Part shown: positions 13,500 to 27,376 of the stretch, piece by piece
Layout: every line of letters begins with the position of its first letter
Numbering within the stretch: position 1 is the stretch's first letter
Assembly: GCA_050084515.1 (NCBI GenBank)
Contig: CM114271.1
Coordinates: forward strand, 10,354,001 to 10,418,000
DNA from: Blasia pusilla
Lineage: Eukaryota
Reading direction: 5' to 3'
DNA: 64,000 bases
Made by a program: the position numbers and the translations under genes
Notes under the pieces: model-generated
Databases searched by the model: none
Seen by the model: only the letters and a program-made list of their open reading frames with translations
Told to the model about the DNA's origin: nothing

Positions 13500-15995
13500 A
13501 CGGCAAAGTTTGCCAACACTACATGGACCTAAGAGCAAGGAGATTGAGATGCTCGGGAAGGAACCAAGAAACAAGGAGAAGATTTGAGAAGGCAAGGACT
13601 CAAGAATGGAGACCAAGGGCTAAGAATCAAGGATGCCGTGAGTCAAGCAAAAAAAGCAGAGAGATGAACCAATGATTGACTCCGAGCCAGAGGAGGAGAA
13701 AGCGACTCCAGAAGCACCAAGCCCTACACATGAGAATATCCCACACGCGAATCTTTCCACGGGGCCTTTGGCTCCAAACTCAAGTGACATGGACTTCTAT
13801 GTCTCGATGATGGACTTGATGACTAAGCAAATGATCCAATGGAGAAAGGGGTCGTTGAGCTCGAGTGGGACGGAGCTTCTAGTTCTGGTAAGAAGCTTTG
13901 TAAGAAGAATTTTCCAACACCATTCACAGGAATGGGGCGGTCTCGGAAAGTGAAGGAGTCCTTAACAGAGTTGGAACTCTACTTCGAGGCGCAAAGGGCT
14001 AAGGAGCAGGACAAAGAGATCATGGCGGTCATGGTCCAAAAGGATCACACACTCCAATGGTGGACAACTCATTGCAAAGAACATCTAGGTCTTGGAATAG
14101 CTCTTAGTTGGAAGGATTTCAAGGTGTTGATTGGCGACCGATTCACTCTGGAGTACCAAGAGTTTTGCAATGGCTTGGAGTTGGTATGGTGCAACAAAGT
14201 GGGTCCCTAAGCGCTTATGTGTGAGAGTTCACTGCAAAAATGAACTCGATCCCAAAGATGGATGAGTTTGCAAAGAAGGTGGTCTTCTTAAGTGGACTAA
14301 GTCGAGCGCACACAAGACCCTCTTTCGGATGCCTGAGCTACCGAAGACCTGCGCGGAACTTTTGAAGCTGGCGGAGCAAATAGGGGATGACGAAGTCCAA
14401 GTCCAAAGACCTTTCAAGAAAATTGTATGTAGTAGTGCATGGCAGTGAGTAGTTTCTCACATGCGTAGGATGCAGGTGAAGAGGAGAGACAAGGAGTATT
14501 TGAGGTGAGAGCTTGTATTTGGATAAAGCACCTAGAACAGGACCAAGTGTTGAAGTACTAACATTTGGGCTCGTGCTAGCGTTGGTAGGGCAGATCCCTC
14601 TGTCTTGGAGCTTGGGATGATCTCAATCCTAAGTGCAGAAGGGAACTTAGTGACATGCCTAAGTCGAATACAAGAGTGACCCAAAAGTAGTATGACTTAT
14701 AGACCACGTAAACATGTGAGATGTTACACGTAGTGAGCAAATGAAGTGTTAGGTTGCAAACTTAGTAAGCTTATTTCATAGGTTAGATTAGTTCAGTAGA
14801 ACTAATCTAGGCTTAGCAAAGTGGAGATGCTAATGATGCTAATTGTTGCAAGCAATAACCTAAGACTTAAGCCAAAAGAGGAATTGCTAGTTAGCTACCA
14901 TAACGCAAGTTGATATCAAGGGGTCAACTTCCCACAAAGAACTTGACATTAAAAGGTTTGCATTTATGAGGTCATCAATCTCTAAAGAGGGGTGAGTGTT
15001 GCGACCCTCATAACCAAAGGAACGCCAAGCAGAACATCAGACCTTTAGCGGGCTGACGCTAGGATGGTTGCGCTTTAGAGGGGTCTCGTGAAAGAGTTGC
15101 AAGAGACAAAATGTGCGAATAGAGTTTATGCATTTCATGCATTTTTGGTCGTGACCAGGAAACTTGGATAAATGTGAACCAAGACTTAGAAGGAGTCGAG
15201 TCTAGGAAAGTTGGTTGCTAAAGAGATGAGAATTGGATTTGGAAGGCGACTAGCGTTTGGGGTTTTGACTCTATTTTGGACCATAACGTTTAGTCCTAAG
15301 ATGTGTTTGGGATAAGTAAGGTGGCATTGGAAAGCTTATGAGATGCCAATTCCAATGCACAAAGATCTTAGCAAATGCATAAGCACATGCGCTAGGCTGA
15401 GAAACTTCCCGAAATGGACTATATATGGGGGGAGTTATCTTGAGGGCCGAAAAGAGGGGTCCGACTATCTTTTTCCCAAAGTTAGGGGGAGGGCATAGAT
15501 CCCTAGAAGTACTAGCAAGGGGGAGTGTCTCCAAGGATGCTTGGGACCCAAACCCCACTTTGGGGCGCCATAGGGCGGCTCAAGGGCACGGAATGGAGCG
15601 CGAGTTTGGTGTTGGGACTCGGAACCCAAACTTGATCCAAGGGAGTGGAGTTCAAACGCCACACTTGGATTCCAACCTGCGATTAGGGATTCATTTGAGA
15701 TCCATTGGACAGTTGGGACCTTCAGGCGTGCAAATGCCGTTTGAGGTGCGTGGACTAACTAGAAAGTGTGTCCCAAGTCTTGAGAGACTTGGTTGTGTTG
15801 TAAAGCAAGAAACTATGAAGGTTGAGCTTGATCAGAGGCCGAGTCGAGAGCTTGGTGAGTTGGAGCATTGGTTGACCCACAACCGACTAACTTGAGTGCG
15901 TGTTTGATTGCAAATCACCAATGAGAGCGTATTCTACTAAACGCATGCTTCCACAACTCTAAAGATTGACATTCAAGGAGAGTAGGCGCACGAGA
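13500..15995 (+). mobile_element. Gypsy-type LTR element remnant with gag only, plus PPT and 3' LTR
   Basis: Retrotransposon gag-like ORFs at 13672-14420 (LELYFEAQ...LQWW...SWKDFKVLIGDRFT). No pol. PPT AAAGAGGGGTGAG precedes TG at 14997. Confidence 0.75.
14997..15995 (+). repeat. 3' LTR (about 1.0 kb), same family as the solo LTR at 48477-49508
   Basis: Starts TGTTGCGACCCTCATAACC and ends GTAGGCGCACGAGA, matching the reverse complement of 48477-49508. Confidence 0.85.
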
Positions 15996-16519
15996 GTAAT
16001 GAAGACTAAAAGAAACCCGAAGACTTTTTAGATAGGAAAGGGGTAGTTTGGAAAGAAAAGACAAAATGATTGGGGAAAAAGATACAATGTTTGAACTAAA
16101 AAATTTAGCGGGATTATCATAAAACCAAGATAGAGCATTGATTAGGAAGTTAGCAAGATCCCAAGAAACATCTTGGTAAGAAGAGTCATTTCATATCTCA
16201 AGAAAGGATCTTGTTAAAACTAGTATTTAAAAATAATCTAAGAAGAAAGAATCATCATTTGGATAAGCGGACAATTATGCTGCGAGAATGATCCGAGCTT
16301 AGGAGAGAGTAGCATCTTAAGCTTTTACATTGTTAAAGCCCCATGTGTCTTTAATGAAAGAGATTTTTTTTTTCCATTTTTCCATTCAGAAGTGTGGAGT
16401 TGTAAATTTTGCATCCTATTGTCTTTGCAAAATGCGAGAGATGTATGAAGTTGGATTCATGAGAAAGAGGGAAAGTTCAGTGTGTATGATGTATGAAACT
16501 AGTTAGACATAGAGTAGTC

Positions 16520-19500
16520 GAGGCGCGGTAAGAGGACAGGAAGAGAGGAAACTTCCTCCAACCCAAAGAGATATTGTTTTGAAGAGAGTTTCCGTTGGGT
16601 CAAAGAGAGGAAGCTTTTTTATGAACAAATTTTTCAATTTTGATCTCTGTGCTTAGTCACTTCCTCAAATTGGTTTGTCCTTTTCTCCATTATGGCAACC
16701 CGTCTGAATCTGAAGGGTTGCAACTTGCATATAATTAAACAAACTGAAAAATCATTGGAACCAAAATTGTGGAACAAATCCCTTTGTCTATCCAAGGTCT
16801 GAAAAAGATTCAACATTTTTCCTTTTCTGATTAGAATCCAAGATTATAGTGAAAATTCTTGCACTTCAAAGTACAATATAAGACCTCATGTTGCATCCTC
16901 ATAGTGGTTTGTTTAGGATACTTCGCACTTCTTTGAGCAACAAAATTGGTTGATGGATTCCTACTCCTACCTCTAACTCTCTTAAAACTACAAGCAACAT
17001 ATAGTACATGTGCTTACAAGGGAAATACCTTTTCCCACTCGTCTCTCTTTGGACAAAGTCATCATAGGAACATGTGGGAAAGCAACAGATGGGTACCACA
17101 TACACCCCTATGACACTTGAACTTACAATATTGTTCCTAATCCAATACATCCTTCCTATTCCATTGACACTATGAACGTCTTTTGTGGCGATGATTTCCA
17201 TGTTTGCCTCTCGAGATGATGCGATTCGCTTTGCTCTTTCCACCGTTGGCCTACACATTCTATTTCTCTTCACTCCATCTATTCACTTGAACATAAATAG
17301 TGGATTGAGATCATCCACTTCTCCGGATACATGTTGACATCAATCTTAGGTTAGATCCAAAATGCGAAGGTCTCTGTAATGCGAACATGTTCCGAACTCA
17401 CTCTGTCTACAAGTCTGAACCCGACACTTGTAAGATTTTCCACTTCCTTGTGAGTGCAATCGGTACTTGCAACAATGGGCCGAATCGTAGGGATATTCCT
17501 TGGAGCTCCAATGGCAGTCAGATAAGACTTTCGGAATGCCCATGATTCATTTGGGCATAAGAAGTACTTCAATTGATCCCCTGTCTTGGTAAAACGATAA
17601 AATGTTTTCATCCCCAAGAAGCCTAGCAGTGGTCCTCTAGTCCTTGTACAATTCTTATTCAAGAAATTACTGCATGCTCTCCTAATGCCATTAGATCTCG
17701 CCTTGCAAGTGGGTCCACGTCTAGGGTTTCTTCGAGACATATGCCACTTATTCAGATTCCAATCCACCTCAATGACCGAAATCCCATATTGTTGAACTGA
17801 CCCTGAGACTAGATGTTGGGAAGTCCTAGCTATAGAAGCAATTTGAAATAAGACATTCATTGATTTTGGAGAAGTTACTTCAACTCAAATTTGGGAGCAA
17901 TCTAGTATCTTCCAATATTTGGGCGGGGTAATTTCATCATCCAAATCAATCACCGGGTTCGGTCCTCGGTGCTGACGTTTGACTTGCCTAGAGTCAAGAT
18001 ACTTATTTGGTCTCCAAGAGTCTTGCTCAGAATGCTCTACTACCATCTATATGGGAGGTCTTAAAACACGCCCACGAATGTCCCCACTAATGTGGACATC
18101 TTTTTCGAGAGGAATTCCGACTACGCATCAATTGAACGATTCCACATACAATTTCTCATCACAAGATCTCACAACGGCCCTAACATAGAGCTCGTAAATT
18201 GAAGGGCCCTTTCCTTTGGTTGTGCCTTTTGTGCGGAAGATATGGGATATTGCATATTGTAGCATTGCCCTTGCCTGGTCTTGTTGGCATACCTCCACGA
18301 GTGAAACTTTTTGGCATGCTTGTGATGACCTCCATGAGGAATGAACACTCTCGGATCCACTTGTGTTTGGGCACATGGCATTTTCATAAATGTGAAATTC
18401 TTGTAGAGACAAAAATGTAAGAAGGGAACGGAAAAAGTTCTCTAAGCGAAGAAAATTCCAACTCGTCGGAACTCAACGGGTTGCAAGTAGGAGGCATCCT
18501 AGGACTGTCTATGTGCAACCTGTCGCATTCCAACGGGTTTGCAATAGGAGGTCCGCCCCGGAAAATCCATGTGCAACCCGTCGGATTCTGACGGGTTGCA
18601 TCACAAAAGAATCTCCAATTGCAACCAGACCAAATCCGACAGGTTTCCAGTAGGAGGAAAGTTTTCTCTACAATTTCTTTGTGCAAGTTGTTGTAGTCTG
18701 ACGGGTTGGAAGAAAAATTTTCCCCAAATTTCAAACTTTCAACGTGTCGATTTCCGACATGTTGCAAGAAGTGTTGACAGGGCAAAACTTGCAACCTTTC
18801 GGAATCCGACGGGTTGGAAAGAAGTGCAACTTACAACCCGTCAGAATCTGACGGGGTTGCAGAATGAGTAAACTTGCATACTTGGAACTTGCATACTTAT
18901 CGAGATCCTACGGGTTGTAGACTAATGCAACCTGTTGTAATCCGACGGATTGTAGATAGATGCACCTTGCAACCCGTAAAAAATTGACGATTTGCAGATT
19001 GAGTAAACTTCCACACTTGGAACTTGCTACCCGTCGGGATTCGACGGGTTGCAGACAGATGCATCTTGCAACCCGTCGAAAATTGACAATTTGCAGACTT
19101 AGTATACTCTCACACTTGGAACTTGCAACCCGTCCGGATCCGACACGTTGTACACTGATGCAACCAATTGGGTTCCGACAGGTTACACACTGAGGCAACC
19201 AGTCATTTCCGATGGATTGCTTGGCTTCTGAGGTTTGAAATTCCTCATGTTTCGAGGGGTTGCAACCTTGCATTTTGACCACATTTTTTTTCAAGAGTTT
19301 CTTCATATGAGCTGGAAAGGAGAAAATTGTGAACTCACCTGACGCATGAATTTTCCCCATTGTCTCATACATACATTCCACCAATTGAGCCAAGAACACA
19401 ACTCTTTGTATTTCCCCTCAATTGCATGCTTCCTCCACCATCCATGAAGTTCTTCTTGGTACTCCATGGCTTGTTTTAAGGTTTTGTTGTCCTTGCAGCG

Positions 19501-20280
19501 TTGGAGTAGAGCAACATGTTGTGTTCTCTTATTCTCCTTGATGCAAGATTTGGTGCAGCAAGTTACAGACTCTTGCCAATGGAAAGCATCCGACCTCTCC
19601 CTCTCTGGTTGAACTTCTCCACCCCATAACACTTTCTTGATAGCAATCCATCCTGATTGTGCATTGTCCGCCATGAACCCATAAATTTCAGGAGGTGACC
19701 TTTTGTTTTCCTTCACCACCTCCAATAAGAGTAACCATCACATCTTCAAACTTCCAACATCTTCTGCTTTTACCTCACAGAAAAAAATGGTTTTGAGTCC
19801 CTTCTCCATATGGTCGTAAACGTGCGCACCCATGGTCAACCATCCATTCAGCACCCTGTAGCAAATATCAAAGCTTACCCAGCTGCCAAAAAGATCTTCT
19901 CATTCCCTCATTCTATCAATAAGGTCGAGGCCACTAGACGGCCCTGTAGTAGACATTTTGAAGACATAAGCTCTCGATCCCTCGCCTCCCTGGCCCATGA
20001 ATTGCCATCTCTGAATAAATGGAAATCTGGAGTTAGCCTTGATCTTGGCAATGGCATCCATTTCGGCCGTCTTTCCATTAAGTACTCGTATTTGACACAG
20101 CAAGTTCTTGAAGCATTCAGGATCAACAAAAAAATACGAGATTTTCCCATAGTTGTGTCTCCTCAGCACTCATGATCTCGCCCTGGCCAAGGATTCCAAG
20201 CAATTGTTCACAATTTTATGATGTTGTTGTCAATTTAATCACTCCAGGCTTTGATCCCAAAGAATTTCTTTATACCCACT
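16520..20280 (-). mobile_element. Mutator-like (MULE) DNA transposon with a decayed, intron-containing transposase and C-terminal SWIM zinc finger
   Basis: GFMADNAQSGW..I (MULE DDE region, 19303-19725), PNTSGSESVHSSW (18128-18412) and SWIM CS(C)DDF...CKHMYY (16899-17273). The 3' end is shared with the copy at 33.2 kb. Boundaries are approximate. Confidence 0.8.
18455..19265. repeat. Array of about 16 degenerate palindromic ~29-bp repeats (TGCAACCCGTCGGAWTCYGACGGGTTGCA) with variable spacers
   Basis: Best copy is 18572-18600. Others start at about 18457, 18513, 18620, 18682, 18738, 18790, 18832, 18890, 18926, 18968, 19025, 19067, 19124, 19159 and 19194. Confidence 0.9.
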
Positions 20281-20866
20281 AGAAGGAAATAGGTGATTTT
20301 AGAACTCGAGTATTTACAACTATGTCATATAGCACTAGTTTTACAACTAGAAATCCTAAAATTACTAACATGTAATCATCTAGTCGTAGTATGTCACTAA
20401 GCATGTCAGCTAATTTAAACTTTGTAATTAGGAATAAAGAATATTTAGAATGAAATGATTTTATATTATATTTTATGGCATGGAAATGAAGTTAACTAGA
20501 TCTAGTCCTCTTAACTATATGTAGTTGATTTGTATTAACTAATAGTACATGACTTGTATAAACTAAGAATAATGATAAATTGGTTAATATTTCATTAATA
20601 AGTGCATAAATTACATAGAAATATAAGTAATAGTTGTAGTCATAAATTGAAAAAAAAAACCAGAAATAACAGAAGACCCAAGTGGCCTATGCCACTTGGG
20701 TCTTCTTCTTTGAGAAAAAAATAATTGCGGGAGTCAAATTTGCAAAGAGACAAGTTTCAAAGCATTTGTTCTCTAAACCTTGTCTCGATCAAATCCTACG
20801 CGTGAAAGCATTTTGTGGCACACACGCTTGTTACCGATGCTCATGTATGGTTGTAGGGCTTAGGAA

Positions 20867-21000
20867 GGTCCGAGGTTGAGCATTTTGCGTTGTGAAAAAT
20901 TAAAGGCTGCAGTGAGACGTAGAGAGTTATGGTCGAGGTTGAGCATTTTGCGTTGTGAAAAATTGAAGGCAACAATGCGAGCGTGCGGCGTAGAGAGTTT
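20867..21000 (+). repeat. Tandem duplication of a ~63-bp unit
   Basis: CGAGGTTGAGCATTTTGCGTTGTGAAAAATT occurs at about 20871 and about 20934. Confidence 0.85.
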
Positions 21001-21121
21001 TAGTCTCAAAGGAGCATATACTATTGAGGGAGATATGGCTCTCTGTCATCGTCATTGTAAGCTACTTCCCAAGTGTTTTCTTTGTTGTTGCGCTCCTTGT
21101 AGTTCAATATTCTCGAGAGAT

Positions 21122-21303
<182 letters not shown>

Positions 21304-21562
21304 GCAACACTGTCCCAAATTATTCAGAGAACTATCAGAACTCTCATAGTCTTCCAACTCTTTGACAGATTCAACCGTACCCACAGTTCTCTGAATTTAG
21401 CTGAGAGAACTCACCTAGCTTTGAAACTCTCAAATAACCTCCGCATTACCAACATAGCTCTGAATTCCCCAAAGTCATAATTTTTGATAAATGTTGACCA
21501 TCGCAACAATCATTGCCCATTTTCCCTTCCAATTCCTCCTCCGAATTCTTCTCCTACTAAAC

Positions 21563-21670
<108 letters not shown>

Positions 21671-22366
21671 CGCATCTTTTTCCAATCTCGTTTTTTGCCA
21701 TAGCCTACTTTTGCGAAATGAAAAAATTTCAAGGACTCACCTGACTGAAGTGATTGAAGGCATAGCATGTCACATCATCAATAAGCTTTTCAACCATTGA
21801 ATGACTTATAGCTTACAATAGAGTACAAACTATGTTTCTTTATTTTATGTAGGAGACATATATTTTTTATAATTTTTGTCCTTGCTGTTTCATAGAGGTG
21901 ATTATGCCTCATAGATGCTCGTAGCCCAAAGCTAGAAAAGGTTATGTATCTCGTGCGATACAAAGTGCGACTCTTCACCATAAGAAATCCGCTTGACAGT
22001 TGAGACCATAGGGCTTGCAATAACTAAACCTTCAATACAACGAGATGGGTCATTTGTTATTCTCACAACACCTTCTATAAGGTTTGTTTAATTTTCAAAG
22101 GATTTTTTTGGGTGTCTATGGTCAATAAGTATCATATCAATGTTAAAACTACTAGAAAATGCAATAGCTTTGAGGAATGAATGTAGGTTGGTAAATGTGT
22201 TAAACACTTATGGTGTTACCAACTAGCTACATCACCAAATGTCCTTACTCTATTCTTTTTCTAACTAATGTTCAAAATATATTTGCAAATGTTTATATAG
22301 ACAGTGGTTGGAATTGAGCAAGGAGCACTTAATAGGACACATTGATTACAAGAGTCACATTTTCTC

Positions 22367-25300
22367 TTGGGAAGTACCACAAGCTTAAGCCAAAGTATAA
22401 ATCTGCCAAGTCAATTTTCAGGTCTGAAAATTCAAACATCAGAAAATTATCATGCTAGAGCATACACCAATGTGCCAAAGTTGAGTCTTACTGACCCACT
22501 ACAAATTGCATTGCATGATGATAAGTTATGGCAAAGAGATAAGGAGGCAGCAAAGATCCTTGGGTTGAAAAAACTCAGATGTCCACGTAATGAATGCAAA
22601 GGGATGAGAATGAGAATGCTACCTGTTATAGAGAAGCACCTTATAATGTATAATAGGTACCCTCTAAACAGAATTTGGAAGAACATTGATGAATATGATT
22701 CATCAGATGATGAGTGCAGGTCTGTATTTTCAAGACATAAGAACATTAACATAGACAAGAGTACTCGAGAGCTCGATGTTGATTGCAATGTCAGGATTTC
22801 CATCCCATCTGCCATAGTTCTTGATGAAAATTTAGAGGTTCATAATATGATCAATGAAGCCTTTCATCAATTTGACTCTGAGCACGTAGAGGACCCCTTG
22901 ATGAAGACCAACGTATTGCTCGCGTAAATGAAGATAGTAGTCCTTCTGAGATAGGAGATGATGAACAAAAATTAGGATGAACTGAGGAAGATTGGGTAGC
23001 TAATGTTAAGGTATTACGAGAGGCATGTCGCCCTTTATTCACGGGAAGCAAGAGTAGTATATTAGCATTCACGATGGTGTTCTTGAATATTTGTGATGCC
23101 CACAACATCCCAAATGTTGCTGTTGATGAGATTTTGAAATTCTTGAGTTTAAAAATCCTTCCAAGTGACAACCATGTCCCTAAGAACCACTTTGCATCAA
23201 AGAAACTCATCAGAAAGCTTAGACTTAATTATATCCAAATCCACACTTGTCCCAATGGTTGTATGTTATTCCATGGTGCATACAAAGACCTAGTTGCATG
23301 TACCAAGTGCAAAGCACCGAGGCTCAAGGAGGTGGGGAAGAGTAAAGTGGCATTGACGATGCTTCGACATTTCCCTATAATTCCAAGGTTGAAGCGCATG
23401 TATAGATGCAAAATGATTGGTGAACATATGACTTGGGCCTAAAAAAAAAGAGTACATATGGCTTGGTGAGGCACACAAAGGATTGTAAGAAATGGAAGGA
23501 AATTGACTGCCAATGGCCTGATTTCATGAGTGAGCCTCGAAACTGTAGATTTGGTTGGGCATTGGATGGAGTTAATCCTTTCAGTAACAAGAATAGCATA
23601 TGGTCTACCTGATCTGTAGTCTTGGTCAATTACAATTTTCCCCCTTGGTTATGTACCAAGAAGTTCTTCCTCCAATTGGCTCTTATAATACATGGGAAAG
23701 AATCTGTGAGTTCAAAAAACCTAGATGTTTACCTTTCTCCACTTATTAATGAGTTACAAATATTTTGGACACGGATCACTGCTTTTGACATTAGTGGTAT
23801 AGAAGGAAGTAGAAAGTTCCATCTTCGAGCCATGATCATATGGACAATAAGTAACTACCTAGAGTTGGGTATTGTCTCTAGCCAAGCCACTAAAGGCAAA
23901 TTAGGATGCGTTGTGTGTGGGCCAAATGTTGATTCTTCCTATTCTAAACCATTGCATAAACCCACATTTCAAGGCCATCGACGTTACAAAGAAAGAAACC
24001 ATCCATACAGAAATAGAAAAGTTTCCCATCATTTCAATTCTTAGTGGAGACCCGTTCCCCTCCAAGGCAAGTATTGTAATAATCCACTCTTGTAAGAATT
24101 TTGTATTTTGGATGGTTTTTGTACAAAAATAGGTAAAAGTCTTTAGGAAGGAAGACTGAAGTTGAAGATTTCGTAGAAGATTGTAAATATGAATAGAGGG
24201 AGAGAAATAGTTGGAAGAGTACTTGATAAGGCTAGTTAATGAAACTCCATTGAGAAGGCAAGGAGATTGGAAGATCAGGGAAGTGTCTTGGAGGAGTAAA
24301 AACCGCTCTAAAGATTGTAAACGAAGACCGAAGAGCAAAGACTGTGAACAAAAAACGAAGATCAAAGAGTCTTTGCGAAGATAGGATTACAAAGATAGGA
24401 TAGCAAAGATAAAAACTACAAAGACTGTGAAGATCGCGAAGATCGCGAAGACTGTGAAGACTGAACCGTTGCGGCGGTTTCAGAAGCCGAAAATGGAGCG
24501 GCGGAGCGGTTTAAAGGGAGCAGAAATGAAATTCCAGGATATGGGGATAATCCAAGCTAAAGAGTCTTTTACTTTCTAATTCTTTCCACTCTTTGATGTA
24601 GAAGAAGAGTCTTCTCTCATGCTTTCTAATGTGCGGAACTGAATGCGGATCCTATTGGGCTGTAGTAGATATGGGAGTTGAGTCTTGTAGTTTAGGAATT
24701 CCAGAAGATAATCAGGATGAAGCATAGAAAAGCTATTAGACACTGAGTAACTTGCCATGACACATTCAGTTCTGAAAGTAGGATAAGCTGCCATTCTTGA
24801 GATCTCTTTGAGGTCTTCGTTGGAGCTTTGTTATTCAAAGATTTGCAAGAGTCTTTGTCTGCACTTGAGAAAAGTCTTTTCCGAAAGGGAAGAAAACCAT
24901 TTTATTCTTTTGTACTTGTAAGACAGTGTAGTTGTCATTGTCAGCAAAAATCATTGAAGAAGGAGTTATTCTTGTTATTTATTATAAAACCTCTCTTTAC
25001 TCAGGAAATAGTGGTCTCTTGGGAACGAACTTAGTACTTTGCGATAGAAAGAGTATCTTTTTCCTTGGGTTGTACATTACAAGTATCTAGTGTTGATATA
25101 CTAGATTGGGCTGAGTTGAAAAGAGCATATGATAGCAAGCCAAAGACAAGGTTACGGAGAGGTGGAGAAGCCCTTATTGATCCATACAAGAAGACCAGGG
25201 TGTCACGACGGAGCATTTTGTTTGATCTACGTTAGTGGAAGGTAACACTTAGAACCTCGTCAATGAAACTATTTTCCATTATTCATTTTGTTCATTTGTA

Positions 25301-27056
25301 TGCATCCTATGATGGTTTATTGATTGTGAAAATTTTAGCTGATTATTTTCTGAATAATTATATTCTTTGGTTTTTTTCAAGACTTACTAATTCAAAATAC
25401 ATTAGATTTGATGCATTGCAAAAAAAAATGTAGCAGAAAATACCCTCAAGATCCTATTTGGTTCAAAGAAGAAGGATTCCATACAGGTATTTGACAACAT
25501 CTTTGGTTGCAAGCCCATCCGGGTAGAGTTGGGGCTAAGTTCAAACCTAGAGCAGATTATGTGTTAAGTCCATAAGAGATCAAAGTATTCAATGCAAGGG
25601 TAGAATCACTTTAAGTTCCAAGTGGATATGCAGGTGCATTAAAAAATACCTTTTAAGAAATAAATTAGGTAGTCTGAAGTCTCATGATCTCCACATATTC
25701 ATGCAACAACTTCTGACTTATTTCTTACAGGTTCTCTTGAAAACTCCTATGAGAATGACCATCATGGGCATGTCGTGAGTTTTTCGACATCTTTGCGTGA
25801 AAAATTGGGATCGCCCCATTTTGCTTCTTTGAAAGAGGATATGGCAACTACTTTGTGCCTTATGGAAGTCCACTTACACCCCTCTTTCTTTGATGTCATG
25901 ATTCATCTCATGGTTCATGTGGTGGAAGAGCTCGATATATGTAGTCCAGTTGGTTATAGGTGGATGTACCCTATTGAGTGCTATTTGGGGGTGTTAAAAG
26001 GTTATGTCTGATCTCGTGCTCAATCAGAAGGATGTATGGCTGAAGGGTATATCCTTGATGAGGCCCTAAGGTTAATTACAGAGTAAATGCAAGATTACAA
26101 TGTGGTGGAAACAAGGCTTTGGGATGCTTCTGAGGAGCAAGGTGTGATTGGCAAAGTTTTGGAAGGGGCACACCTCAAGTGTCAGTTAACTGCTGAACTT
26201 GTAGTTGTGGCCCATGAGTATGTATTGCAAAATACGGAATGCTTCACTAGTCGGATGGAGTAAGTTATAACAATTCATTCCCTTCATTCAAGTTCTAACA
26301 TTCTTTACTTAGTACGATTGTATCGTTGATACTTTGGTGAGCTAAAAAGATAAAAGAAGAGATCGCCAAAGGTAACAAGGTAGATGAAGTAGTTCTGAAG
26401 TTGTCAGTGCCTCCATCGCTCTCATATCTATCTTTTAAGAGAATGAAAGCATATGGAAATCACTATAGGGTGGAGGACGGTAGCTTGTAGTCTACATATG
26501 ACTCAGGTATAGCATCTATATTTCTATCACCAACATCTGACCAAGATAAATCTCTTAGTCAAATCCTTACTTGGGCATCCTTGTAGATATTTTGCATTTA
26601 GATTATGGCACATTGGATGAGCGCATTATGCTTATGAGAGGCAATTGGGTTCAATCATCCGAGAATAGGCCTGATGCTACAATGATGCATGATGAAAATG
26701 GTTTTCTCTTGGTAGACTTTAAGAGATTCCTACCGGTTAACTCAGATTGTTTTTTTTTTCATAGCCAAGTCTAACAAGTATTTTATGCACTTGTTGAGGA
26801 ATGACTTGGTTGGAAAGTAGTTATGCAAAAAGCTGCCCGATCTTGACGAGTCGTTGGGGGAAGGCTAGACATGTACATTGATGATCATATGGACCTAGGG
26901 GAGATGAGGGCTTCAACAAGCTTGGAAATGGAAGTGCCAGATATTTCCCTAGTTGGTGCAATCCTCTTATCAAATGCTGAATTAGCTCTAGCCTCTAGAG
27001 AATTTAAGACCAATGAAGAATTAGTTGAATGTTCTGAAGACAACAATGAGATCTGA
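22367..27056 (+). pseudogene. CACTA/EnSpm TnpD-like transposase (Tnp2/Transposase_21 type), decayed and interrupted by a solo LTR
   Basis: IHTCPNGCMLF...C.KC..PR, RHFPIIPRLKRMY, ALDGVNPF, NYNFPPWLC.K, DVYLSPLINELQ..W, LKSHDLHIFMQ, FFDVMIHL.VH...RWMYPIE. Confidence 0.9.
24075..25081 (+). repeat. Solo LTR (1007 bp) of the family at 131-1671, TSD AGTAT
   Basis: TGTAATAATCCACTC...GTACATTACA, with AGTAT at 24070-24074 and 25082-25086. Confidence 0.95.
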
Positions 27057-27376
27057 AGTAGCTCTAATAGTGAGTAAGGAAGTGTATATTGTAATACACT
27101 AATAGGCATCACCTATGTAGATCAAATCAAATGCATGATCTAGGTATTATATATGAGTTTTCTTATAATATTTGGATGCTTATTGATGAGTTCTTTGGTG
27201 GGTTATTGTTCAAGGTCTTGTGTATGCCTTTATATTGAGGTTTATATGGATACCTCAACCTCATGTTTTCGTAACCTTATCTTCATCAAAAATTACTAAT
27301 TTGAAGTTATGGGCATACCTTTGCTTATGCACTATGTGGTTCAACTTTTTGTGGAAATCTCATGCGCTGTGGGTTT

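Noticed and set aside
18455-19265. True CRISPR array
   Set aside because: The context is a eukaryotic TE with no cas genes. The repeats are degenerate and the spacers are short, uneven and partly repeated.
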